Positions 23,131 to 35,976 of a stretch of 50,629 bases of DNA are shown piece after piece. The notes beneath the pieces were generated by a model. The model did not search any database. It saw only the letters and a program-made list of their open reading frames with translations, and had not been told where the DNA came from. The stretch is from positions 94,332,247 through 94,382,875 of the forward strand of contig NC_068987.1 of the NCBI RefSeq assembly GCF_001194135.2, in the 5' to 3' direction. Each line of letters starts with the position of its first letter. Position 1 is the stretch's first letter. This stretch comes from Octopus bimaculoides. Its lineage: Eukaryota. A program made the position numbers and the translations under genes.

Positions 23131-23405
23131 AAAAAACTTGTGGAGTTAGCGGTCAATCATGGCGACTGGTTGAACAAAGGTAGTTAGACAGGAGAGCTAG
23201 GAAGAAGGGGAGATAATAAAGTACTGATGATCCCAAAATGAAGGTGCGCGTGCATGTGTGTTTGTCAGAGTGTGTGTGTACGTGTGGATAGGTGCTGGTG
23301 ACTTTGACGTGTGGGTGTGTGCGTGTGTAAGTGTGTGCGTCTGTAATGTGTGGGTGTATTGATGATGGTGTGGGTGCTGAGAAGTGGCAAGTGCTACTGT
23401 TCGGA

Positions 23406-23490
23406 GTGGTGTGTGGTGGTGTGGTAGTGTGTGGTGGTGTGGTAGTGTGTGATGGTGTGGTAGTGTGTGTTGGTGTGGTAGTGTGTGGTG
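23406..23490. repeat. 18-bp GT-rich minisatellite (GTGTGTGGTGGTGTGGTA), about 5 copies
   Basis: Directly visible; produces the CGGVVV repeat ORF. Confidence 0.9.
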
Positions 23491-23564
23491 TTGGGGTGTG
23501 GGGATGTGAGGGTAGGGTGTGGGTTTGGGGTGAGGATGTGCAGTTGCTACGGCAGTGCTTTGGA

Positions 23565-23955
23565 GAAAGAGAATAATCTCCTGCTACGGTGATGTCATCT
23601 GGCCTTCATGTTCCCCATACTTGACTAGCCTGGAATTCTTCTTGTGGGCATACCCGAAAGAGAGGGTCTACGTCAACCAATCGGAGACCCTGGTGCAACT
23701 GAAGGAGAACATCAAGAAAGAAATCAGTGAAGAGGGGTCTGAAACTCTTGTGGGTGTTATGGTGCAAGTTTTGGAAAGAGCACGGGCGTGTGAAGCCGAA
23801 AATGGCTGCCATTTAAACGATGTCGTTTTTCATATGTGATGTAGTGGTGTTGCAACATTTGGCTTGTGCATATTAATTTCCATTATATCCTTTATATTGT
23901 ATCAAAATTTCATTCATTTGTTTTTAAAGTTAAGGAAGTTATTCAAAATTGAAAC
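23565..23955 (+). mobile_element. 3' fragment of a Tc1/mariner-superfamily transposase (maT/rosa-like)
   Basis: WPSCSPYLTSLEFFLWAYPKERVY...TLVQLKENI...RARAC...GCHL corresponds to the WPPRSPDLTPLDFFLWGYLK motif. Confidence 0.85.
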
Positions 23956-23957
23956 CT

Positions 23958-24137
23958 ATGGGTGCATAGTCTAACGTTTAGAGTATTGCATTTCCGATCG
24001 CGAGACCGTGGTTTCAATACCTAGACCGGTTGGTCCGTTCTGTTCTTGAGCAAAACACTTCATCTCAGCCTGCTCTGCGATCACTTCGATGCCTGACACG
24101 TGGTACACCTGTGCACCTGTCCAAACAACATCGATTT

Positions 24138-24184
<47 letters not shown>

Positions 24185-24330
24185 TGAGCTAATGTGCAGC
24201 ATATACATTTGATCATTTATAAACCAATCATTTGTGAAGGTTGTTCGGCAAAAGCTGAACGCTCATGCGTCGTTGATTCATTGTTGATTCATTGTGAACG
24301 AAGCGAGACTGTTTTCCAAAAGGGAGGCGA
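23958..24330 (+). mobile_element. tRNA-derived SINE (family-3-like head) with internal (GA)n
   Basis: A-box-like AGTCTAACGTTTAG, B-box-like GGTTTCAATACC, then TTCTTGAGCAAAACAC. Confidence 0.7.
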
Positions 24331-25371
24331 ATACCTTTCTCCGTGTGATCAGCTTGAAAAATAGCTAAGACACTAGGATAGTTTTTTTTTTACTTTTCTT
24401 AACATGAAACCAATGGTAGTAACATCGTCCTAATCAGGACCGCCNNNNNNNNNNNNNNNNNNNNNNNNNNNNNNNNNNNNNNNNNNNNNNNNNNNNNNNN
24501 NNNNNNNNNNNNNNNNNNNNNNNNNNNNNNNNNNNNNNNNNNNNNNNNNNNNNNNNNNNNNNNNNNNNNNNNNNNNNNNNNNNNNNNNNNNNNNNNNNNN
24601 NNNNNNNNNNNNNNNNNNNNNNNNNNNNNNNNNNNNNNNNNNNNNNNNNNNNNNNNNNNNNNNNNNNNNNNNNNNNNNNNNNNNNNNNNNNNNNNNNNNN
24701 NNNNNNNNNNNNNNNNNNNNNNNNNNNNNNNNNNNNNNNNNNNNNNNNNNNNNNNNNNNNNNNNNNNNNNNNNNNNNNNNNNNNNNNNNNNNNNNNNNNN
24801 NNNNNNNNNNNNNNNNNNNNNNNNNNNNNNNNNNNNNNNNNNNNNNNNNNNNNNNNNNNNNNNNNNNNNNNNTTATGAGAGTATTTCAAAGTGGGTCGTA
24901 TGGAGATCCGTAACATGGGAAGAATATATTTTATATTCGACGTAGGACAGCCATTCTTAGCGATGAGAATTAATGGGTGGCGAAATAGGGGAAAAAAAGA
25001 ATAAAAAAAGCAAGAAAAAATAGAAAACAGAAAGAGTTGACCGAGGGAAAGGGAAACTAGAATAGGGTACATTATTTTGTTTTTTTTTCTGTTATTTCTA
25101 CAGATATTTTATAGAGGGTACTTTGTTAGGTTGTAAGGCAGGAGGAGTAGGAAGAGAAGCCTTTGTGTGGTGGGAAAAGAAGGAACGTTGTAAAACATGA
25201 GGTGGATGGCAAATTCATAGAAAGCTCACGTTCCGTTCACCCCACACCACACCCTCAGACGTCCAACATGCATTAGGGATAGCCACACACACACACATTA
25301 CGCTTACACTACCATATATTACAGATAATTCCCATCTCCACCCCAACACACCCTCTGTCTCTCATATATAC

Positions 25372-25412
<41 letters not shown>

Positions 25413-25714
25413 NNNNNNNNNNNNNNNNNNNNNNNNNNNNNNNNNNNNNNNNNNNNNNNNNNNNNNNNNNNNNNNNNNNNNNNNNNNNNNNNNNNNNNNN
25501 NNNNNNNNNNNNNNNNNNNNNNNNNNNNNNNNNNNNNNNNNNNNNNNNNNNNNNNNNNNNNNNNNNNNNNNNNNNNNNNNNNNNNNNNNNNNNNNNNNNN
25601 NNNNNNNNNNNNNNNNNNNNNNNNNNNNNNNNNNNNNNNNNNNNNNNNNNNNNNNNNNNNNNNNNNNNNNNNNNNNNNNNNNNNNNNNNNNNNNNNNNNN
25701 NTATATACGTACTG

Positions 25715-25870
25715 CTTTAATTCTTCGAAACGCCGGAGTTTTAATGGTGGTAGCTGATGAAGGGGATGTTTCTATGTGGCCTGCTTGTTTGTTGCACCTT
25801 GTTTACCATTTTTGTCCTTGTTCTTTTACCACGTCATGTACCCAGTTATGTATCTATATGTACATGTGGA
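25715..25870 (+). mobile_element. Structured dispersed repeat, copy D (5' part lost at the gap)
   Basis: CGAAACGCCGGAGTTTTAATGGTGGTAGCTGATGAAG aligns with 248-284; ends ATGTACCCAG. Confidence 0.6.
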
Positions 25871-26149
25871 TGAACGTATATACATACATGTACATATATA
25901 TGCATATACTCATATATATATCGACTGATCGAGCCAAGATCAAGACTGACTGGTTGGACAGCTGGTTGGTTGGTTAGTCATTAGTTCTCATTGACTTGAC
26001 GTCTATGGAAGGAGGGTGGAGTGGGGAATTGGTGGCGGAGGGGAAGAACTTGGTCTTATTTCCTTTCATTCAATTTATTTGACAAGAAGATCTGATCTGG
26101 TTTTAGGACCCCTACCGACCCTTTTCTACTAATGTCTGTGCGCGTGCGC

Positions 26150-26355
26150 ATTTTGTTTGTTACAGTCATTAGGCTGCGCCCATCCAGCAGCACCGCTTCG
26201 TAGAATTTTAGTCGAATAAAATGACCTCAGTACTTTTTTTACAAAGCTTGCTAAATATTCTGTTGGTATCTTCTGCTGGAACGCTACGTTACGGGGACGT
26301 AAACACTCTAACACAGGATATCAAGCAGTAGTTGGGGACAAACACAGACGCAAAG

Positions 26356-26392
<37 letters not shown>
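26150..26392 (-). mobile_element. Family-1 SINE, 3' half
   Basis: GTTACGGGGACGTAAACAC...GGGGACAAACACAGAC is the reverse complement of the 6630-6820 segment. Confidence 0.8.
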
Positions 26393-27011
26393 NNNNNNNN
26401 NNNNNNNNNNNNNNNNNNNNNNNNNNNNNNNNNNNNNNNNNNNNNNNNNNNNNNNNNNNNNNNNNNNNNNNNNNNNNNNNNNNNNNNNNNNNNNNNNNNN
26501 NNNNNNNNNNNNNNNNNNNNNNNNNNNNNNNNNNNNNNNNNNNNNNNNNNNNNNNNNNNNNNNNNNNNNNNNNNNNNNNNNNNNNNNNNNNNNNNNNNNN
26601 NNNNNNNNNNNNNNNNNNNNNNNNNNNNNNNNNNNNNNNNNNNNNNNNNNNNNNNNNNNNNNNNNNNNNNNNNNNNNNNNNNNNNNNNNNNNNNNNNNNN
26701 NNNNNNNNNNNNNNNNNNNNNNNNNNNNNNNNNNNNNNNNNNNNNNNNNNNNNNNNNNNNNNNNNNNNNNNNNNNNNNNNNNNNNNNNNNNNNNNNNNNN
26801 NNNNNNNNNNNNNNNNNNNNNNNNNNNNNNNNNNNNNNNNNNNNNNNNNNNNNNNNNNNNNNNNNNNNNNNNNNNNNNNNNNNNNNNNNNNNNNNNNNNN
26901 NNNNNNNNNNNNNNNNNNNNNNNNNNNNNNNNNNNNNNNNNNNNNNNNNNNNNNNNNNNNNNNNNNNNNNNNNNNNNNNNNNNNNNNNNNNNNNNNNNNN
27001 NNNNNNNNNNN

Positions 27012-27070
<59 letters not shown>

Positions 27071-27719
27071 AAGAACTAATATTCTCTTCTCTTCTAATAG
27101 AAGCAAAAGGGGTTTATAGGACTGCAAAAGAAGTTCTCAAATATAAATGAGACGAAGATAAAGAAGCATTGGTTATAGAACAAACATTAAATCTGGGTCA
27201 ACGACTTTACATACAACCCCACCCCTCAAACATTTAATCGTATATAAAAATCACCATGGTTTACAAACACAAAAAAATAATAATTGTAAGTTGTGTGCAA
27301 AAGAATCCCTTGCCATCCTGAAATCTTTTGGGCCAAAAACTTTGAATAGATTTACCGAGGTGATCCCTTTTTGCAACCATAGGTTTTCGTCCACCTTTTT
27401 GAAAGTAGAGGTAATAAAATTCTTTAGCGTTACGGGGATTTGAAACTGGCGAGGCTGAATTTCTATTAACTACAGCCACCTGAGTGTTTAGCAATAGACT
27501 TTTTTTAATTAGAAAATTTGGACTGATCCGTTTAGGGGGTTTTATTTTAAATTATATAAGCTTTTCAATAAAAAAAGTATAAGCTTTTCTTAAAAAAATT
27601 TTGATCTGTTCGTGTCTCCTGTTTATCTTGAGGTGGGTGTGTCATCGCAATGTTGCACTTTAGTGTAAATAAACTGCGGTGGCAAGATCTCGAAATGGCC
27701 AGAGATATTTGTGAATGTT

Positions 27720-27885
27720 GAATTTGACCTGTGAAGTCTGCTCATTATGAACTTTTGGACGTACTTGTGTGGACGGAGTAAAAGACTTTTTTCAAGATAT
27801 ATGTGAATTTGACCTGTGGAAGTCTCTTTACTTATGAACTTTAGACGTATTTGTATGAGGTAAGTAAAAGACTATTTTTCAAATA
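27720..27885. repeat. Two-copy 85-bp tandem duplication
   Basis: GAATTTGACCTGTG...TTATGAACTTT..GACGTA...GTAAAAGACT begins at both 27720 and 27805. Confidence 0.85.
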
Positions 27886-28139
27886 TTTTTTCAAATATTT
27901 AAAAAAAAAATTTTAAGAAATTTTTTTTAATATTTTAATTGTTTGATAAAACTTTTTTAGTCGGTGAATATTTATTTTATTTTTACATTTACTTATTTTA
28001 TATTTGGCTGTTAGGTTTTTTGGTAGTTTTTGAATTTTTAGCCGTTTATAATTAACATTTTTGATTGGCCGTTCTATTTGTATTTTATTCGATTATATAC
28101 TTTTACCTTTTGTGATTTTATGTATATGTATTATTTTTT

Positions 28140-29169
28140 ATGTGTTTGTTCAATAATATTAAGATCTGGGGACTGTGTTGGCCAGATAAGATATTCAACT
28201 TCACTAGAATATTCCTCGTGCCATTCAGTAACAACTTTGGCTGTGTGAATTGGTGCATTATCATCTTGAAACATTGCATTTCCCACCAGAAACAGTTCCG
28301 CAAACATAGAATGAATTTGATCAGGTAAAATGCTTAAATAGTCTTGACTATTAACTCTGCAATGAAGGTAAACCATTGGGCCGGTAGATTTCCAAGATAT
28401 AGCCCACCCAATTCATCATAGATCCTCCTCCATGTTTAACAGTTGGAAGAAGACAGTCTGGGTCAAATCTTTCTTTATTTTTTTTTTTGCCTGTTTCCAC
28501 ATGTATACTCGGCCGGTGGCTGGAAATAAAGTAAAGGATGACTCGTCCGAGAAAATAACATTCTTCCACTGCTCTAGGGACCAATTCTGTAGGTTTTTAC
28601 TCCACTCTAAATACTTTGCAACGTTTATTTTTGAAAGTAGTGATTTTCTGATTCCAGCCTTCTCATGAAATCCGGCTTTTTGCAGCTCTTGTTGAACAGT
28701 TTTGTGGAAACTGGGTTCTCGAGATGGTCATTAAGCTCTGCAGTAATTCTGGGAGTTGTACTTATGTGGTCCTCTCTAACAATTTGCATAAGAGTCGACG
28801 GTCCCTATCTAATACTTTTTATTTTCTTCTGAAGTTTTGTTTCGACGAGGAGTTTTCTCCCTCTTTCTCAAAGGCTGTCATTACTTTCGAGACAGTACTT
28901 GTTGATACACCAAACATTTCGGCTGTTTTCATTACGCTAGCGCTTACCGTACGAACACCAGCAATTTGACCTCTTTGAGAGTCCGATAGAATTTTAATAA
29001 CCTTTTTGTGATGACATCTGAAAAGAAACAGCAATTTTGGCAAAACATTAAGCAACTTTAATAATAAATAAAAAAACATAAAAATAAAGAAGCCTTTGAC
29101 GGTTTTATAGATATTTCAAAATTATGATGCTATGATGCTAGGTGTTTCCATTATTTTGTCCAACCCCTG
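28140..29169 (-). mobile_element. Tc1-type (DD34E) transposon relic; left TIR intact, right end lost
   Basis: TA|CAGGGGTTGGACAAAATAATGGAAACAC end. Peptides LSDSQRGQI...FGVSTSTVSKV (HTH), FSDESSF, TVKHGGGS, FQDDNAPIH and WPTQSPDLNIIE, with frameshifts. Confidence 0.92.
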
Positions 29170-29696
29170 TATATATATANNNNNNNNNNNNNNNNNNNNN
29201 NNNNNNNNNNNNNNNNNNNNNNNNNNNNNNNNNNNNNNNNNNNNNNNNNNNNNNNNNNNNNNNNNNNNNNNNNNNNNNNNNNNNNNNNNNNNNNNNNNNN
29301 NNNNNNNNNNNNNNNNNNNNNNNNNNNNNNNNNNNNNNNNNNNNNNNNNNNNNNNNNNNNNNNNNNNNNNNNNNNNNNNNNNNNNNNNNNNNNNNNNNNN
29401 NNNNNNNNNNNNNNNNNNTCGTTAGAGAGAGAGAGAGAGAGACATACATGTGTATATAAACAGTTACCTATCTAGCTAACCATAACATGAATCATGAGAA
29501 ATATAAAGAGATAAGAATAAAATGGATAACTAAATAATTGCAAGCACAAGATCAGTTTACGGAAACAGTTGCGAAAAAAGAAAAAAGAAACCCTATCGAA
29601 GGACGTCAGTCGCCTCTGAACTTTCACATCAACCTAATATTTATAGACGTGTGAGTGTTCGGGCGTGCGTGTGTATGTGCGTGTTTGCGCGAACCT

Positions 29697-29733
<37 letters not shown>

Positions 29734-30539
29734 GTATAAAAAATATATATAGGTATATGCATGTGTGTATGTGTATTTACGTAGAAAGCAAAATGCAATG
29801 TTCGTATATGAAAGGCACTAATAAGTCTCCATCTGATTATGTTTGATTGAGTCTAATATAATTTCCTTTCACGTGTAGCAGCGGAGGATGTAACAGATGG
29901 TAGAGATAGACATTTAAATGTGGAGATATTATCCTCCGGAAAGATAAATGACACTTAAATGGAAAATGCGATTAGGATTCTTGATGGAGTTATCAGCAAC
30001 GATAAAAGCCCCAAGTAAATGCTTTGTGGTATTCGCTTACATCACTGCAGTGTTGTGAGATCAAAATCCGTTTGGAGCCCAATTCCTCGATCCATCCAGA
30101 ACCCATAAAGAAAAGATTAGCAGAGATAATCCCATCAACTGAACACTTCGAGCTAATATTTGTGACCAGGTGCCAATGATAAAAAGGAGTGGCAGAATCG
30201 TTAGAGCATCGGACACACGTGTCTTGTGTTCTATGCTCCGTCTCTTTATGTTCTCATGAAATTATATTCCAGTAAAGTACTGGTGCTCCGCCCCTCCACG
30301 ACCCTCACCTTGCGCCGCTGTTGGAAATGTTACTCATGTCTGCAACGGTGAGCTGTTGTTCTGTCGTCGTCATTGAAACTGGTATCACCAATTAATTCAC
30401 TGGGCAACCCCACTGTCTTTGTCCGGGTCAACTTTCACGTTCCTGTCTCGTGCTACTTGCCTTTAAATTCACTGCACCGTGCACATGCATACATGTGCAC
30501 ATGCACACGATAATAATAATAATAATAATAATAATAATT

Positions 30540-30745
30540 TCTGCTAAAGACACAAGGCTTGAAATTTGGGGGAGAGGAAGAGTCGATTACATCAACCTCA
30601 GTGTTTCACTGATTAATAATAAACCCTTCTACTATCAGCACAACGCCTGAAATTTTGGGTGAAGGGGCTAGTCGATTATACCGACCCCAGTGTTTCACTG
30701 GTCCTTAATTTATCGACCTCGAAAGGATGAAAGGCAAAACCGACG
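30540..30745 (-). mobile_element. Family-2 SINE 3' part with an internal tandem partial duplication and (TTA)n tail
   Basis: Two successive CACAA-G-CTGAAATTT...GTCGATTA...CAGTGTTTCACTG segments, then ATCGACCTCGAAAGGATGAAAGGCAAA. Confidence 0.8.
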
Positions 30746-30767
30746 AGAACAATAATGATAATAATAA

Positions 30768-32004
30768 ATGCAGAGGTACCAAGATTAAACACCTGGTGCA
30801 CAAAACTGTAGTTAGAGATTGCAAGAGGAGGAAAATTAACTTAGCCATGTCATGGATCGACTATAGTAAGGCCTACGATATGAACCCACATTCTTGGATT
30901 ATGGAGAGTATGAAGCTATTTGATATTGTATCGAATGTTGAGCGATTGCTTGGAAAAGGTATAGCGAAATGGAAGACGGAACTGACAGCATACGGAAGAA
31001 GTTTAGGGACAATAGAAATGAGGGGAGGCATCTTCCTAAGGGATTGTCTGTCCCCATTCATCTTTGTACTGTGCATGCTATCAGTAACACTGATTCTGAG
31101 GAAAGCAAAGGCTGGGTATGTATTCAAAAGCCACTAACAAAATGTCAACCACTTGTTACTCAATGATGACCTCAAACTTTATGGTAAAGATGAATCTCAA
31201 GTCAGTTCCCTCGTTGATACGGTGTATACTTCCAGTGCTGATATCAGAATGGAGTTCGGACTGAGAAAGTGTGATGTGTTAGTATTGAAGATAGGCAAAA
31301 TCAAATGTATGGACGGGCTACCGATACCGTCGGGGAAGGTTATGAAGCTGATAGAAGAGACGGGCTATAAGTACTTGGGGATACAACAGAAAGTGATAAG
31401 TGCAGAATTTGTAGACAAAATGGTGAAACCGTATGACATATTACCAGTCAATGTACGCCACTAGCCCAGAAAGAATATAAGAGACGTCATGACAATATAG
31501 CAAGGATTGTCCATTGGACACTTTGCAACAAATATGGACTTGACAGTGCAAAAAGTGGTACGAACATAATCCCGAAGGCATCATCGAAAATGATAATATA
31601 AAGATCCTATGGGATTTTATGATTGAATGCGACCATGCGATAGAGAATAGGGAGCCAGACATAGTGTTAAATGACAAAGAAAGCAAACGATGCTGAATCA
31701 CGGTGTGAGATAAGGAAGAAAGAAAAGTCGATAGATATGGCAGGTTAGCTTTGGAGGATAAGCAGTTGTGGTCGAGAAAAAAGGTGGTAGTAGTACCAAT
31801 AATTGTCGGAGCCCTGAGAAGCACATAGAACAAATAGGGGCTGCAATGAGGTTGGAGCACTTGCAGAAGACAGCACTGCTTGGAACTACTCGAATCCTCC
31901 TGAGGGTGCTCGAAAAATAAAGGGTGTTACCTTAGTTCACGGGTAGTGAACAGCTGACACTATAATACATCTCCAGTATTAGAAGCTGTGCAAAGACAAT
32001 AAAT
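30768..32004 (+). mobile_element. R4/Dong-like RLE LINE, 5'-truncated and internally deleted, with a 17-bp TSD in a TAA repeat
   Basis: WIDYSKAYDMNPHSWI, GIFLRDCLSP, NDDLKLY, YKYLGI joined to KCRICRQNGETV*HITSQC, REPDIV, LQKTALLGTTRIL. AATAATGATAATAATAA occurs at 30751-30767 and 32005-32021. Confidence 0.92.
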
Positions 32005-32029
32005 AATAATGATAATAATAATAATAATA

Positions 32030-32062
<33 letters not shown>

Positions 32063-32125
32063 AACCTTGCCTAAGCTGCGTGACGGAGAACTTTCCCCAT
32101 GCAGACACATAACTGACTACAAGTG

Positions 32126-32163
<38 letters not shown>

Positions 32164-32262
32164 GGATGTGTGTATAGCTGAGTGCGTGTGTATAAAAATT
32201 AACCAAGTTATGTTCATGTTTACATCAGTTTACAGGTATTATATATGCTCGTGTATGTAAAT

Positions 32263-32301
<39 letters not shown>

Positions 32302-32497
32302 NNNNNNNNNNNNNNNNNNNNNNNNNNNNNNNNNNNNNNNNNNNNNNNNNNNNNNNNNNNNNNNNNNNNNNNNNNNNNNNNNNNNNNNNNNNNNNNNNNN
32401 NNNNNNNNNNNNNNNNNNNNNNNNNNNNNNNNNNNNNNNNNNNNNNNNNNNNNNNNNNNNNNNNNNNNNNNNNNNNNNNNNNNNNNNNNNNNNNNNN

Positions 32498-32541
<44 letters not shown>

Positions 32542-32592
32542 CATATGTATGTATATATATACATATGTTTATGATGCATGTATACATACATA

Positions 32593-32634
<42 letters not shown>

Positions 32635-33461
32635 GGTATGTATGTGTACAGACAGTTAGATAGATGTGTATGTGTGGGGTGGTATTTGTGTGTGTGAGCA
32701 TGCGTGAGTTGCCTGCCTTTCATTTTGTCGATGAAAGCAACACATTACACACATACCGCACCCATACACTCCACCACCCACTCACACACACATCTATATG
32801 CCTTCTACATACCAATATACATACCACAAACATCTACCGCATACCTGCCAACACGCCTACTTCTCACGCATACATTTAAAGCTTTAAACATGCCACATAG
32901 ATATAAACACTCACATCACGTACAAACCAACACGCCTACCACACACACACACACACACATTCACTTAACATAGAGCTACCTGCCCCACCCGCCACGCCCA
33001 CCACCGATGCCTAACAGTTTATTCGTTAATGAAGTAGCTGTGTTCTAGCGCAAGAACAATGCTAAATGGATTGAAGATGAAACGCTTGAAGTTGGCCTAT
33101 CACTTCCTGATTAGTTAAGAGAGTTGACTCAAAGAAACACACTTTTGATAGGAACTCATTAGTTCAAGCAAGCATGTCGTCCTTTTCAGAATCTATTCTA
33201 GCAATGGCGGAATTTGATCAGACATAGAGACGATGGCGAAGTTGTTATTGATGTATGTTGTTGTGTAGTAAGGTGTTAATATTTGTGTGTGTGTGTGTGT
33301 GTGTGTGTGTTTGTGCTCTATGATATGGGTGGGGGGCATACTTGTTACTATAGAAAATTACTTCGTAAATAAATGTAATACATGTGTGAGCATTTTATGT
33401 ATGTGTGTACATGTTTGTGTGTGAATGTATGCAAGTGCAGCTGCATTCGCGTATGCTTGTA

Positions 33462-33496
<35 letters not shown>

Positions 33497-34415
33497 CTGA
33501 CAAACAGAAAGAGAGAGACCGAGAGAAAGAGGGAGAATGAGAGACAGAGGAGAATAGACGGAGAGAAAAGGGGAGAAAGAGAGTGAGTAAGTAAAATATG
33601 TGGTTCTGATAATGGGTGGGTGTGTATATGTATCATCTTTCTTGTGTGAACGCCTGAGCCCATGTGTATGAACATAGGGAGTGGAAGAGAGGAGTGGCGG
33701 AGACCCAGTACTTAGTTCTGATGTTGTTTGTTTTCTCGTTTCTGTTTGTGCGGGATTGTGTTTGCATATTCGTTTTTGCTTATCTTGTAAATAGGTTCCA
33801 GTTTTAACTTTTAAATGATAGACATGACCTATTGCTAGGTCTCACCTAGTCACGTGGATCCACTCGGCTTTTAGCAGAGTCCATTCTGATGCAACCAGTC
33901 TCCGATATAAAGGTAACCTTCTCTTCTCCACCAACCAATCAGGGACGCCTCAAAAAGGACCATAGACTTGCCTTTCCTCCTCTGAGGAGGTTAATCTCAA
34001 CAAGTTTGTCTTTCTTTCATAAATTCCTTTAATCCTTCACTCACACATCTCTCAATTGATCTTTTATCGATCAATCGATCTTCCTCTTTAGTAATCTATT
34101 TATCGATAGATCTGCCATCCATCCATTTATCTATCTACCCAGCAATCTAAATATGTGCCATTCACACTTCTATGAACACCACACCCGCTCACATAATATA
34201 CAAACCTACCATTCTATGTATCCATTATAGAGCATTCTATAAATATAATTACTGTTATTGCTGCTGTTGTTATAACTCTGCTGTCACACAATATAACCAT
34301 TATCTCTGTGATTACTACGCACGCGCGTGTGTGTGTGTGGGTGGGTGTGTCCGTGTGGTGCATGTGTTTGTGTGTGTACATCGGCGTGTAAGCTTGCTTT
34401 AACATAGAAATTTAT

Positions 34416-34494
<79 letters not shown>

Positions 34495-34762
34495 CGCATA
34501 TATACAGAAGCTAATCACCCGTTTCTATATTAACGCAAACACATGCTGCTATAATGTATTCATATAGTTAGGTCATATCATGAATACGAAATATTTCCAT
34601 GTAGCCTGAAACATCCACACAAATAGAGGCAGATGTGTATTGTCGCACCATAAAATAGACACATTACACAGGCACACACTCGGTCTATATTGATCCTCGA
34701 AATACAGAAAACTTAGGAACAAAAACGACTCAAGTTGAAGTTTCTTCACCTCACTTCATTAA

Positions 34763-34962
34763 CCCTTTGTTATTTAAACCGGACGTTTATCCAGTCAAAG
34801 CATTCTGTGTGTTTTATGTTCAAAATGGTCAGATCTGATCTTTCACACCTACCCAACAATGTTATTCTAAAAATAAACAATCAAAGCTATACGGTAATGC
34901 ATGATTAATTCAAAACAGTGTGAATAAATAAGTATTACATTTGACAGTATAATGCTGAAGGG
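34763..34962. mobile_element. 200-bp piggyBac-type MITE
   Basis: TTAA|CCCTTTGTTATT ... AATGCTGAAGGG|TTAA: TTAA target and CCCT/AGGG termini, with diverged TIRs. Confidence 0.7.
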
Positions 34963-35976
34963 TTAAACTTAGTTATTTGGAAAGTATCCAATTATTATAG
35001 AAATATAAAAATGTGTCATTCATTTGGGTAAAGTGTCAGAGTGAAATACTGGTAATGTTTTAGTCTGTGCCCAATTCACGTGTATATGCCCGACACACTA
35101 CAAAAATTTAAAAAAAAAAACTTGCAGGTTTCATGCTTAAATGAGCCTGGAATTACTATTAAAGTTTGAACCTTAGCAAAAATTATTTCAGTCGCTTCCG
35201 TTGCACATAAATTACAAGGTGTTTTGATACCATTATAATATTTGATCATTGGAAGTCATCCATTTGATTTCGTAGTAGATTTACTTGTTTATCTTTCAAG
35301 CTCCAGACATATGCTGAAAGTACTGTCGTATTTCTTTTCAGGTTTCGAAATGAATGGCAGAATGTGTTGCGGTTTTTAACAGTGTTCCTGTTAAACAATC
35401 TTAAAATAACGATGTTTCTTGAGTAAAAAAAAAAAAGTATTGGCTTTAATGTTGACACTTCCATTTTAAATAGTAGATGATATCAAGTAATTCGCCCAGG
35501 TCTAATCATGCAAATTCTTCTCAGATAATCCTTAACCGACAACTGAAATAATTTCAATGTTATTTAACCAATTTTCTATTATGTTGTTTGGATAGTTCCA
35601 AAATATATTCATAATTATTGGCCTCGTGTAGATTATATTTGGGTAAAATAATTCCTTCAGAACCACATTGAAATTATTTCCGCAGTTCGAAGTTGTAACT
35701 TTACTTAAGCGAGACAATGAAGCCGGAACTGGGGTAATTTTTGCGCCTAAAATTCTTAAGAAGAATCCTCATTGAGGTTATGTTCTTGCTTAGTGATGTA
35801 TGTGTCTTACTTTTAATTTAGGAACGATCATACACCTCTGTTTGTGTAGGTGCTTGAGTTTAAATGTTGATATAGAATTTATGTGACGATACGTAATCAG
35901 ACGAATCTATGCATGTGTATAGGTTCACCTAAATACAGAGACGGAAGATAAAACTACCTGGGTATTTGTATACGTG

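Noticed and set aside
23958-24030. tRNA gene (also considered at 48618)
   Set aside because: A/B boxes are present, but there is no complete cloverleaf and the sequence continues into a SINE body.
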